Below are positions 1-9,519 of a stretch of DNA of 64,000 bases, in pieces. Below the pieces are notes generated by a model. The model was not told the DNA's origin, searched no databases, and saw nothing but the letters and a program-made list of their open reading frames with translations. The stretch lies in contig CAWBBV010000023.1 in the NCBI GenBank assembly GCA_963787125.1, positions 32,001 through 96,000 of the forward strand, in the 5' to 3' direction. Within the stretch, counting starts at the first letter, position 1. The number at the start of each line of letters is the position of its first letter. Both the position numbers and the translations under genes were made by a program. The stretch is from an uncultured delta proteobacterium (GTDB lineage: Bacteria > Desulfobacterota > Desulfuromonadia > Geobacterales > DSM-12255).

Positions 1-2
1 TG

Positions 3-845
3 CGCTATACAAACAAGATCTTCTCACCGTACAGGCACAAAAAAAAGGTGACCATTTTCGGTTCGGCCAGAACGGAGATGGGTGATTTCAGCTACCGTAC
101 GTGCGTTGAGTTCAGCCGCAGACTAGCCGAGAAGGGGTACATGATCATAACCGGCGGCGGTCCCGGAATCATGCAGGCCGGTAACGAAGGCGCCGGGAGT
201 GAAAACTCTTTTGCCGTCAATATTTATCTCCCTTTTGAGCAGTCCCCCAATCTTATAATGGCAAATACGCCCAGGCTGATTACCTATAAATATTTCTTCA
301 ACCGGAAGGTTGCTTTTGTCAAAGAGTCAGACGCGATAGCTGTTTTCCCCGGTGGTTTCGGTACTCTTGATGAAGCAATGGAAGTCTTTACTCTCATTCA
401 GACAGGGAAGACGACACCAAAACCGCTACTCCTGATGGATGACGAAAATGGTTATTGGGAGGAGTGGCTGGATTTTATAAAAACCAAGCTTCTCGGCAGG
501 GGCTTCATATCGGCAGATGATTTCTCGATCTTTACCATTACCCGTGATGTTGACGAGGCGATCAAGGTAATAGATGATTTTTACTCTAACTATCATTCCC
601 ACAGATTTGTAAATGGCAGACTTGTAATTCGCCTCAACAAAGAGCTGACCGCTCTGCAGATAGCATCTCTGGAAACGGAATTCCCTGAACTTATTGCTGC
701 AGGGAGCAGCATCTGCAAGACTCAGCCTCTTCCTGAAGAGCTTGATGAGCCGGAAACGCTTCACCTTCCAAGGATATTAATGGATTTTGACCATCATCAT
801 TATGGCCTGCTGATAGCCTTTATACGCCAGTTGAACCTGTTTTGA
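3..845 (+). CDS. LOG/TIGR00730 family Rossmann-fold protein, 5'-truncated by window edge
   Basis: Frame open from base 3 (RYTNKIFSPYRHKKKVTIFGSAR); ITGGGPGIM and FPGGFGTLDE (PGGxGTxxE) motifs. Confidence 0.85.
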   Translation, partial: RYTNKIFSPYRHKKKVTIFGSARTEMGDFSYRTCVEFSRRLAEKGYMIITGGGPGIMQAGNEGAGSENSFAVNIYLPFEQSPNLIMANTPRLITYKYFFNRKVAFVKESDAIAVFPGGFGTLDEAMEVFTLIQTGKTTPKPLLLMDDENGYWEEWLDFIKTKLLGRGFISADDFSIFTITRDVDEAIKVIDDFYSNYHSHRFVNGRLVIRLNKELTALQIASLETEFPELIAAGSSICKTQPLPEELDEPETLHLPRILMDFDHHHYGLLIAFIRQLNLF

Positions 846-1060
846 AAAAAGTGTTCTACTCCGCAAAAAAACTTGACTTGGACAATTACGCAATGCTAAT
901 TTAAGGTGCGCAGTTCGGTATCGGAAGTTTTTGCAGTTTCAGGAATCTGTTACACGGTCACAACGATGGGCCTAAAAAGAGTTCCTGCCTCAAGACTCCG
1001 GCAGCTGCAGTACAATAACGGTCCGGCTTATCAAGACCGGAGCTAACAAGGGGGCAGGAG

Positions 1061-1261
1061 ATGGCACAGGGTAAGGTAAAATGGTTTAACGATGCAAAGG
1101 GTTTCGGTTTCATCGAGCAGGAGAATGGCGACGACGTTTTCGTCCATTTCTCGGCTATTTCCAGCGAAGGTTTCAAATCCCTTGCTGAAGGTGAGTCAGT
1201 AACTTTTGACGTTGTGAATGGTCCAAAAGGCCTTCAGGCAGCTAACGTCCGCAAAGGTTAG
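1061..1261 (+). CDS. cspA: Cold-shock protein
   Basis: 66 aa with GKVKWFN, KGFGFI (RNP1), DVFVHFS (RNP2); GGAG RBS. Confidence 0.95.
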   Translation: MAQGKVKWFNDAKGFGFIEQENGDDVFVHFSAISSEGFKSLAEGESVTFDVVNGPKGLQAANVRKG

Positions 1262-1281
1262 TCCAAATCAAAAATCAAAAG

Positions 1282-1316
1282 AAAAAGCCCCATCGGGAAA
1301 CCGGTGGGGCTTTTTT
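1282..1316 (+). terminator. Rho-independent terminator after csp gene
   Basis: AAAAAGCCCCATCGG-GAAA-CCGGTGGGGCTTTTTT hairpin plus U-tract. Confidence 0.9.
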
Positions 1317-1408
1317 ATCATAATTTAGATGCATGTGCTAGTTTCAGATGTGTAAGGAAAACTTGCTTGCAGCTGGTAATGCCTGCCGGAAGTGATTATA
1401 GTCTTCCC

Positions 1409-2353
1409 ATGGACGAACAGCTTTCCCATAGTGAAGAGCAGATGGAGTGGCAGGAGCTTGCCCCTGGACAGATCGCCGCACGATTCAATCAGTGCAGTGA
1501 TGAACCTCGTATCCGTATGTGGGCTCTGGTACTGACTGCTCGTTTCATCCCCTGTCGGGTCGAGCATGATCATTATGGCTGGCAGCTGCTTGTCCCGGCA
1601 GCCAATCTGACAAGGGCGCTAGAGGAACTCCGGATCTTTGAAGAAAAAAACCGCAACTGGCCGCCGCAGCTGACTTACAGATCGATGCCGGATAATTCCC
1701 TGACAACCATCTCGGTACTCCTCCTTTTAGCCACCTTTCACAACTTCACCCGGCTCCACTTTACTCTTTACGGGCATCCAGCACCGGATTGGCTTTATCT
1801 GGGCAGTGCCAAGGTGCATCTTATCCATTATGGTGAATGGTGGCGGCTTGTTACAGCGTTAACACTGCATGCCGACTGGCTTCACCTTGTCAGTAATCTG
1901 ACTATTGGAGGTTTTTTTGTTGTTGCACTCTGCCGGGAACTCGGTTCCGGTCCTGCCTGGTTCCTGCTGCTTGCTGCCGGGACACTCGGCAACTGGGCCA
2001 ACGCACAGGTTCAGCTTCCCACCCACAGCTCGGTCGGCGCATCCACCGCCGTTTTTGCTGCTGTCGGCATCCTTGCCGCAATCAACCTTGTGCGCCACCG
2101 TTTTAACAAGCAAGGCCGCTGGAAACTGCCTGTTGCCGCAGCTATAGCATTGCTGGCTCTGCTTGGAACCGAGGGGAAAAACACCGATCTCGGTGCGCAT
2201 CTGTTCGGATTTCTGTTTGGTCTTATGCTAGGGGTAGCGACCGAGTTTTTACTGGAAAAAAGGGGGCGTTCCCGGCGGATCTTGAGTCTGCTGTTGTCAC
2301 TGCTGAGTGGCTTGATAGTAGTAACCGCCTGGTGGTTCGCTCTGGATATATAA
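1409..2353 (+). CDS. Rhomboid family intramembrane serine protease
   Basis: WWRLVTALTLHADWLHLVSN, GAS catalytic Ser (SVGASTAV), AHLFGF His. Start moved to ATG 1409 because 1304 overlaps the terminator. Confidence 0.85.
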   Translation: MDEQLSHSEEQMEWQELAPGQIAARFNQCSDEPRIRMWALVLTARFIPCRVEHDHYGWQLLVPAANLTRALEELRIFEEKNRNWPPQLTYRSMPDNSLTTISVLLLLATFHNFTRLHFTLYGHPAPDWLYLGSAKVHLIHYGEWWRLVTALTLHADWLHLVSNLTIGGFFVVALCRELGSGPAWFLLLAAGTLGNWANAQVQLPTHSSVGASTAVFAAVGILAAINLVRHRFNKQGRWKLPVAAAIALLALLGTEGKNTDLGAHLFGFLFGLMLGVATEFLLEKRGRSRRILSLLLSLLSGLIVVTAWWFALDI

Positions 2354-2513
2354 GTTGGTCTCTGTTTCAATATCAAGAAGACATGGGCAGAAAACAATGT
2401 TATATTTACCGAAATAATCAGCAGCTGTTGATGCAGATCAAATAAAGCCACTTTTTGTCATGCCGGACAAACCAACGACAAAATGCAGATGCTTGTAAAG
2501 AAGGGTCTCAATC

Positions 2514-2900
2514 ATGAGTAATTCTCCCCCTAAACCAAAAATTCTGGTAATGGACGATGATGAAGACGTCCGTTTCATAGCCGAACTGAAATTGTCACAG
2601 TTAGGCTTTGCCGTTGTTCTGGCTACCCGGGGAGTTGAGGCTATCGATCACTACGAGAAGTCCCTCCGTGCCGGGATTCGCTTTCATGCCGTAATCCTTG
2701 ATATTACTATACCTGGCAGCATGGGCGGCCTCGAAGTTCTCAGCCATTTGAAGGAGATAGATTCTCAGGTGAATGCCTTTATCTCTTCTGGTAATCCGTT
2801 TGATCCGATGATGAAGAACCCGGCTTCTTTCGGTTTTGCCGGCGCAATTGACAAACCTTTTTTCGCTGAAAATCTCCGCATACTGCTTCCTCCGGAGTAA
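2514..2900 (+). CDS. Single-domain response regulator (REC)
   Basis: ILVMDDD, VILDITIP, SSG, DKPF. Confidence 0.85.
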   Translation: MSNSPPKPKILVMDDDEDVRFIAELKLSQLGFAVVLATRGVEAIDHYEKSLRAGIRFHAVILDITIPGSMGGLEVLSHLKEIDSQVNAFISSGNPFDPMMKNPASFGFAGAIDKPFFAENLRILLPPE

Positions 2901-3030
2901 ACCGGCTAACAGGCAGTCTCCTGATGTGCCAAACCTCCAGCCGTTTGCGCTAAAGTCGGCAAAAAACTTCTCGATTAACCATTATTTGACGATTTGCTAA
3001 ATCCTAAACGTCACCTGAGCGAAAGGAGTT

Positions 3031-4035
3031 ATGACAATGAGGCGATTCAGAATGGTTATTTGTTTGTGTGGCCTGCTCGTCGCGCTCGTACCGTCAGCAG
3101 CCCAGGCTGCCGAGAAGTGCCGCGTACTGGTGATTATGAGCTACGAAGAGGCCTTCCCGTGGGTCAGGGAGCAAAAGGAGGGGGTTGACTCGGTACTGGC
3201 GGAGCACTGCGAAATGAAATATTTCTATATGGATACCAAACACAATTTCGACGGAGGGCCGGCAAAGGCCCGCGAGGCATTCGCGCTTTACCAGTCATAC
3301 AAGCCACATGGCGTGATTGCCGCAGACGACGATGCCCAGGCCATGTTCGTTGTCCCCTATTTGCGGGACAAGGTCACTACCCCGGTCATGTTCTGCGGTG
3401 TGAATGCTGCGGCAGCTAAGTACGGTTATCCGGCGTCCAATGTATCCGGCATTCTGGAACGGTTTCACATCGCCGAGTCCATCGCTCTGGCCCGCCAACT
3501 GGTTCCCGGTATCAAAAACATTACTTTTATGATCAAGCAGAGTCCGGTAGCCAATTTTGTCAAGGATCAGGTATTGGAAGAAGCAGCCGGCTATCCGGTC
3601 AAAGTTCATGGCGTCAAGATGCCGGCCTCCATCAAGGAGGCGCTGGCGATGGCAGCGGAGCTGCGCAAAAATACTGACCTGCTTTTCATGGTAACGCTGG
3701 AAGGGATAACTGATGACAATGGCGTGCCAATGAAGGACCGCGAAGCTATCCCGCTGGTTGCCAGGGCTTTTGGCAAGGCGACCATCAGCGGCAATGAATA
3801 TGCCATTCGCTACTCACTGCTGACGTCAGTCGTCAGGACCGGTCAGGAGCAGGGTGCTACCGCCGCCCGCATGCTGCAGCAGGCTATGAGTGGTACGCCG
3901 GTAACAAAGATTCCGATTACCAAAAACCATAATGGTAAGCGGGTAATAAATATAACGGTAATGAAGGAACTGGGAATTACACCGAAGCCGGTTGTGCTGC
4001 GTGGCGTTGAACTGGTCACGTCGGAGGTGCCGTGA
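3031..4035 (+). CDS. Periplasmic ABC-type substrate-binding protein, likely ligand input for the downstream kinase
   Basis: Signal peptide (AAQA-AE); VIAADDDA and PVMFCGVN typical of this family; no permease nearby. Confidence 0.7.
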   Translation: MTMRRFRMVICLCGLLVALVPSAAQAAEKCRVLVIMSYEEAFPWVREQKEGVDSVLAEHCEMKYFYMDTKHNFDGGPAKAREAFALYQSYKPHGVIAADDDAQAMFVVPYLRDKVTTPVMFCGVNAAAAKYGYPASNVSGILERFHIAESIALARQLVPGIKNITFMIKQSPVANFVKDQVLEEAAGYPVKVHGVKMPASIKEALAMAAELRKNTDLLFMVTLEGITDDNGVPMKDREAIPLVARAFGKATISGNEYAIRYSLLTSVVRTGQEQGATAARMLQQAMSGTPVTKIPITKNHNGKRVINITVMKELGITPKPVVLRGVELVTSEVP

Positions 4036-4083
4036 CATGAGTGTTGCGGACTGCAGACCTATCATGTGCACTGAGCGAATGGC

Positions 4084-6000
4084 ATGAAGCGCAAACTGCA
4101 TGTCCGCTATGGCATAACCACCAAAATGATTCTGATGAACCTGCTGCTTCTGGCGGTGTTCGTTGTTATGATCATGCTCAATTTTTACTCATTCGGAACG
4201 GTTGAACGGTTGGTGAACAGGACCGTCGCCACGGATGTCGAGCTGAACCTCGCCAACGCCGGCGTGCTGCGCGAGCTTTCCGAAGTGTTCTCTCACACTA
4301 GTCGGTTGCTGGGTAGCTTTATCAAGAACGAAAAGGAATTGGCGACTCAAGGTGGCCAGTTGGTAACCAGCACCGAGCGCCTGGCGGTCGTCAGCAGTAA
4401 CAGGCGCCTGAGTGAACCGCTGCAGGAATACGGTATGAGACTGCGAGCGCTGTTTGCTACCTGCGCCAGTATAAACGTTATCGTCAGGCAGATCGAAAAG
4501 CAGGAGCAGCAGCACGACAGCGTTGTGGATGCTCTGGAGCGAACCATCAGCGACAGCAAGATCAAGCTGATCCTGAAAGGACGTGACCCGGCCATCATGG
4601 AACAGTTGGCGGTTCTGGCGAACGGCTATCACGACTCTCTGCAGGCGGTCAGTCTCTCATTCTTCCGCACAATCAGCGAAAAATCCGCGCAGGCTGATAC
4701 TTTACGTCAAAAACAGCAACTTGACATGATCGACGATATCATCCTGCGGCTCCAGTCCCTGTCCGCCTCCGAACCACAGATTGCCGTCTATGGGCAAAGA
4801 CTGATCACCTCCGTTAAAGCGTATCGTGTCATGATCGAGCAGTATTTCCGGTCGCTGGCGCTGCTGGAACACCAGAAGTATCAACTGGAAGAGGCCAAGG
4901 TGAAGGTGATCGGCGTCATGCAGAGGATCGATGACGAAATAGCCTCCTCTACCAAGGGGATTAGCGGTCACGTCCATGAGATCATGGTGACCGCCCGCCG
5001 CAACACTCTGCTGGCGGCGGTCGTTTTGGCCCTGGTCTCCGGCATGGCGACACTCTTTTTCATCCTGTCAACCATTCGCAGGCCGATGGCGATTATCAGC
5101 AAAGGTATTGAAGCGATTGCGGCCGGCAATCTTGAAACCAGAATCAGTCTTAACCGCTATGATGAATGGATTAATATTGAACGTGCACTGAACCATATGG
5201 CCGCCGAACTCCGCCGGTCATATTCCGAGCTGGCAGAGCAGCACGACCAGCTTGAGGTGAAAGTGCATGAGCGTACCAGGGAGCTGGAGGATGCTCAGGC
5301 AGAGATTGTGAAAAGGGAGAAACTGTCGGTGCTGGGGCAGTTGACAGCCACTGTCAGCCATGAGCTGCGTAACCCGCTCGGGGTAATCCGCAGCTCAGCT
5401 TTCTTCCTCCGGAACCGTCTTGGCAGTAATGATGACAAGGTAGCCAAGCACCTAGCCCGTATAGAGCAGCATGTCATTCTGTGTGACGGTATCGTCGGCG
5501 ATCTGCTGGAATTCACCCGTGGCCGACTCTCTGCAAAGGCGCCGGGAAATTTAAATGTCTGGCTGGAAGGCATCCTTAAGGTTATTCAGGTTCCAACCGG
5601 AATTGTTCTGGAGCGTCGTCTTGCCGGCGAACTGCCGTTGCTCCGTTTTGATCCGGACAAACTGCGGCGTGTCGTCCAGAATCTTGTCGAAAACGCCGGC
5701 CACGCGGTTGCCGACAGGGCGGGAAAAGATGCTGCCTGCGGTTATGCACCGGGCATTGTCGTCAGCACCTCCTGCTGCGGAGAGGCCATCCAACTGATAG
5801 TCGAGGATAACGGGAGTGGCATGGACCCAGGCACCGTCGAGCGGGCCTTTGAGCCGCTCTTTACTACCCGGGCACAGGGTACCGGGCTCGGACTGGCCAT
5901 TGTTCGTAAAATAGTTGAAGAGCATGACGGTACGGTAGCTGTGGTCAGCAGGCCGGGTTACGGCACGCAGGTAACCGTAACTCTGCCGACTGAAACATGA
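4084..6000 (+). CDS. Membrane sensor histidine kinase with HAMP domain
   Basis: Two TM segments, HAMP, H-box SHELRNPL, DNGSGM, FEPLFTT, GTGLGL. Confidence 0.9.
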   Translation: MKRKLHVRYGITTKMILMNLLLLAVFVVMIMLNFYSFGTVERLVNRTVATDVELNLANAGVLRELSEVFSHTSRLLGSFIKNEKELATQGGQLVTSTERLAVVSSNRRLSEPLQEYGMRLRALFATCASINVIVRQIEKQEQQHDSVVDALERTISDSKIKLILKGRDPAIMEQLAVLANGYHDSLQAVSLSFFRTISEKSAQADTLRQKQQLDMIDDIILRLQSLSASEPQIAVYGQRLITSVKAYRVMIEQYFRSLALLEHQKYQLEEAKVKVIGVMQRIDDEIASSTKGISGHVHEIMVTARRNTLLAAVVLALVSGMATLFFILSTIRRPMAIISKGIEAIAAGNLETRISLNRYDEWINIERALNHMAAELRRSYSELAEQHDQLEVKVHERTRELEDAQAEIVKREKLSVLGQLTATVSHELRNPLGVIRSSAFFLRNRLGSNDDKVAKHLARIEQHVILCDGIVGDLLEFTRGRLSAKAPGNLNVWLEGILKVIQVPTGIVLERRLAGELPLLRFDPDKLRRVVQNLVENAGHAVADRAGKDAACGYAPGIVVSTSCCGEAIQLIVEDNGSGMDPGTVERAFEPLFTTRAQGTGLGLAIVRKIVEEHDGTVAVVSRPGYGTQVTVTLPTET

Positions 6001-6016
6001 TAAAAGGAATTTTCCA

Positions 6017-8344
6017 ATGACCGACAAAAAAATCCTGATCGTTGATGATAACATCGCTCTTTGCGACAACCTGGAGGATATTCTCCGGGAACAGGGCTAT
6101 GAAACCTTTTCTTCTCACAGCTGTGCCGACGGGCTCAGGCGTGCCATTGAGCTGCGACCGCATGTTGCATTGCTTGATCTGAAGCTGCCTGACGGACTCG
6201 GGACTGAATTGATGGCCGAGCTGAAAAAGATCGACCCAGATTGTGTCTGCATCATTGCCACTGCCTTTGCGGATGTGGAATCAGCAATCATGGCGCTTGA
6301 ACTGGGAGCATTAAATTACCTGCACAAGCCGGTGCGCCCTGACGAACTCCTGCTGATCCTGGAGCGGGCTTTCGAGGCGATCAGACTGACCGGGGAGAAT
6401 CGTCAGGTTTCTGCAGAGCTGGTACTGTCCGAAGCAAAGTTCCGGATGTTGTTCGAGCATTCGGCCGATCCAAGCCTGATAATAATGGGGAACACTTTTG
6501 TGAATTGTAATCAGGCGGCAGTGGAAATACTACATGCCAACAGCAAGGATGAACTTTTAAACGCGCACCCTTCGGAATTGTCCCCCGTATTCCAGTCAGA
6601 TGGTCGCCTTTCGACTGAAAAAGCCGACGAAATGATCGCTACTGCAATTCGATTCGGTGCTCACCGTTTCGAGTGGCTGCATCGTCGCATGGACGGCGAA
6701 CTGTTTCCGGTTGAAGTATCGCTAACCTTGATTCAGAAAGATGGACAGACAATGGTTTTTACCGTCTGGCGTGACATCACCGAACGCTATCAGGCCAAAG
6801 AGGCTTTGTTGGCAAGTGAACGCCGTTTTAAGTCACTCATCAGAAATTCTTCCGATTCAATCACAATTCTGGATAAAGATGGAGTTCAGATTTATGTGAG
6901 CGATGTTGTTGAACAAATGCTCGGGTATAAACCGTCTGAACTGATCAATATTCCGGTAATTGAAGCAATGATTCATCCGGAGGATCAAGAGGTGACCCGG
7001 GCGGCTTTTATGAAAATCTTGCAGGAAGGACAAGCTGTTGCCCAATATCGACACCGGCATAAAAACGGCTCATGGGTATACCTGGAGGCATGGGGGACGA
7101 ATCAGCTGGAAAACCCTGACATCCGGGGGATTGTAGTCAATGTTCGAAATATCACTGAGCGTAAACGCGCAGAAGAAGAGCGGATGTCCCTTGAACGCCA
7201 GCTCCTTCACGCCCAGAAACTGGAGAGCCTCGGGGTTCTGGCAGGCGGCATTGCCCATGACTTCAACAACATCCTGACCGGCATCATCGGCAATGCCGAA
7301 ATGGCCCTGATGAAACTGAACCCTGAGTCGCCGGTGCTGGAGAATCTGGCGCGGATCGAGAAGGCCGCTGCCCGGGCAGCCGACCTGGCCAGGCAGATGC
7401 TGGCCTATTCCGGCAAGGGTAGATTCGTCATTGAGGCCATTGATATCAATCGCCTGGTGGAAGAGATGGGGCACATGCTGGAAGTCTCCATCTCCAAGAA
7501 GGCGGTACTACGTTATAATCTTACCAAACTACTGCCGACAGTTAATGTGGATGCCACCCAGATCCGCCAGATCATCATGAATCTGGTGATCAACGCTTCC
7601 GAGGCCATTGGTGACCAGAGCGGGGTCATTGCCATCACCACCGGCTGCCTTGAGTGTAATGATGCTTATCTGCAGGAGTTCTGGCTCACCGACCCGATCC
7701 CGGAAGGGCTCTACGTTTCACTTGAGATAGCTGACAGCGGCTGCGGTATGGATAAGGAGACTCTGTCGAGAATGTTTGACCCCTTCTTCACCACCAAATT
7801 TACCGGCCGGGGGCTGGGGATGGCAGCGGTATTAGGGATTGTGCGCGGCCACAAGGGGGCGATCAAGGTCTACAGCGAACCGGGCAGGGGGAGCAGCTTC
7901 AAGGTGCTGTTGCCGGCCGGGGATAAACCGGCGGAACTGTTCAACGGGAAAGCTGCTGCCGATAGCTGGCAGGGGAGCGGCACCGCGCTGCTGGTGGATG
8001 ACGAGGAGACGGTACGGGCTATTGGCGCCGAAATGCTCAAGGAACTCGGCTTCGATGTTATAACGGCTAAAGACGGTCGCGAAGCAGTGGAGATATTCAA
8101 TACTGGAAAAGAGTTCAGTGTGGTGATTCTCGACCTGACCATGCCTCACATGGATGGTGAGCAGTGTTTCCGCGAACTGCGCCGGCTCGATCCAGCCGTG
8201 AAGGTGATCATGTCCAGCGGCTTCAGCGAGCATGAGGTGACGCAAAAGTTTGTCGGCAAGGGGTTGGCCGGTTTTGTGCAGAAACCGTATAAACTGAGTG
8301 TGCTGAAAGAAGCGCTAAGAGTTTTACCCGCAACATTTTCATAG
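6017..8344 (+). CDS. Hybrid histidine kinase REC-PAS-PAS-HisKA-HATPase-REC
   Basis: N-terminal REC (LLDLKLP), two [27 protein letters not shown]-terminal REC. Confidence 0.9.
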   Translation: MTDKKILIVDDNIALCDNLEDILREQGYETFSSHSCADGLRRAIELRPHVALLDLKLPDGLGTELMAELKKIDPDCVCIIATAFADVESAIMALELGALNYLHKPVRPDELLLILERAFEAIRLTGENRQVSAELVLSEAKFRMLFEHSADPSLIIMGNTFVNCNQAAVEILHANSKDELLNAHPSELSPVFQSDGRLSTEKADEMIATAIRFGAHRFEWLHRRMDGELFPVEVSLTLIQKDGQTMVFTVWRDITERYQAKEALLASERRFKSLIRNSSDSITILDKDGVQIYVSDVVEQMLGYKPSELINIPVIEAMIHPEDQEVTRAAFMKILQEGQAVAQYRHRHKNGSWVYLEAWGTNQLENPDIRGIVVNVRNITERKRAEEERMSLERQLLHAQKLESLGVLAGGIAHDFNNILTGIIGNAEMALMKLNPESPVLENLARIEKAAARAADLARQMLAYSGKGRFVIEAIDINRLVEEMGHMLEVSISKKAVLRYNLTKLLPTVNVDATQIRQIIMNLVINASEAIGDQSGVIAITTGCLECNDAYLQEFWLTDPIPEGLYVSLEIADSGCGMDKETLSRMFDPFFTTKFTGRGLGMAAVLGIVRGHKGAIKVYSEPGRGSSFKVLLPAGDKPAELFNGKAAADSWQGSGTALLVDDEETVRAIGAEMLKELGFDVITAKDGREAVEIFNTGKEFSVVILDLTMPHMDGEQCFRELRRLDPAVKVIMSSGFSEHEVTQKFVGKGLAGFVQKPYKLSVLKEALRVLPATFS
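7244..8300 (+). repeat. Copy 1 of ~1.05 kb direct repeat (kinase core plus REC)
   Basis: Matches 10774-11830 at constant offset 3530; about 12 mismatches by eye. Confidence 0.95.
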
Positions 8345-8354
8345 AGGAGGCGGT

Positions 8355-9515
8355 ATGCATTATCTGTCAGCAAAAACTATCCTTACTGACCCTTACCGGG
8401 CTGGATTTGAAATCGGTACGACCCTTGCGCAAATTTCGCCTGAAGTCATCATTCTTTTTGCCTCCATGCCTTACGACCCGGATTTCTCCGATTTTTTCCA
8501 AGCGCTGTACGCTGGACTAGGCACCGAATCGGTCATAATTTTCGGCGGCAGCGGCGATGGTATTTACGAAACCGCCGGTGCCGAAAACTACGGCATCTGT
8601 GCCCTTGGCATCGCCAGCGACGGTCAGGTGTCATGGTCGACCGCTCTGGAGCATGGTGTCCAGGCCGATTCCTTTGCAGCGGCGAGGGCCTGTGCCCGCA
8701 GAGTGCTTGCCTCCTCTTCGTCACCACCCCGGTTTAGTTTGGTGCTGGCAGACGGCACCAAGGCTGACGGCAACGGGATTGTGGGCGGCATTGCCCCGGA
8801 AATTACCGGTCCTTTTTTTGGTGGTCTCACTGGTAACGACCGTAGATTCACCAACAGCAAAGTTTTTCTCAATGGCAGGGAATACGAAGATTCTGTTGCG
8901 ATCCTGACGGGCTGGGGGGATTTTGATTTTGCGATAAATGCGGCCAGCGGCTGGACCCCTCTGGGCGAAGAAGGGGTTATAGAGGATAACGAGGGATGCG
9001 AAATCCGTACCATTAGCGGCCAACCCGCCCAGGATTTTATGACCCGGCAGCTCGGCAAGCCGCTGGGAGACTATGATATGGGGGTCGTGCCGCTGGCCGT
9101 CTACCAGACAGGTTCAAAAGAGCACTTCTCTCTGCGGGCACCCTCCAGCATTAACGATCTTACCGGAGCGGTGATCACCTTTGGCAGCGTCGAAAAGGGT
9201 GAAGTCGTGCGTGTTTGCAGCGCTTCAAAGGGCGATGTTATCAGAGGGGTTACTGATGCCATGAACTGCTTGAAGCCGGAATCTCTCGGTTTTATCCCTG
9301 CTGCGGCGATCATTATCAGCTGTGCCGGCAGAAAATGGCTGATGGCAGATAATGGGGAAAAGGAGCTGTCGGCCTTTTTTGAGCAGCTCGGCTATTCAGT
9401 GCCGTTGATCGGCTTTCCCTCTTTCGGGGAGTTCAGTCCTTTTTGTCTCGAAGGCGGTGCCTATACGGCAGTAAGCTTCCACAACGAGACTTTTGTTATC
9501 TGTCTTTTGAGGTGA
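8355..9515 (+). CDS. FIST-domain (NosP-like) sensor protein
   Basis: FGGSGDG, LADG, FFGGLTG, SGWTPLG, SCAGRK, GFPSFGE, FHNET motifs of FIST/FIST_C. Confidence 0.85.
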   Translation: MHYLSAKTILTDPYRAGFEIGTTLAQISPEVIILFASMPYDPDFSDFFQALYAGLGTESVIIFGGSGDGIYETAGAENYGICALGIASDGQVSWSTALEHGVQADSFAAARACARRVLASSSSPPRFSLVLADGTKADGNGIVGGIAPEITGPFFGGLTGNDRRFTNSKVFLNGREYEDSVAILTGWGDFDFAINAASGWTPLGEEGVIEDNEGCEIRTISGQPAQDFMTRQLGKPLGDYDMGVVPLAVYQTGSKEHFSLRAPSSINDLTGAVITFGSVEKGEVVRVCSASKGDVIRGVTDAMNCLKPESLGFIPAAAIIISCAGRKWLMADNGEKELSAFFEQLGYSVPLIGFPSFGEFSPFCLEGGAYTAVSFHNETFVICLLR

Positions 9516-9519
9516 AACC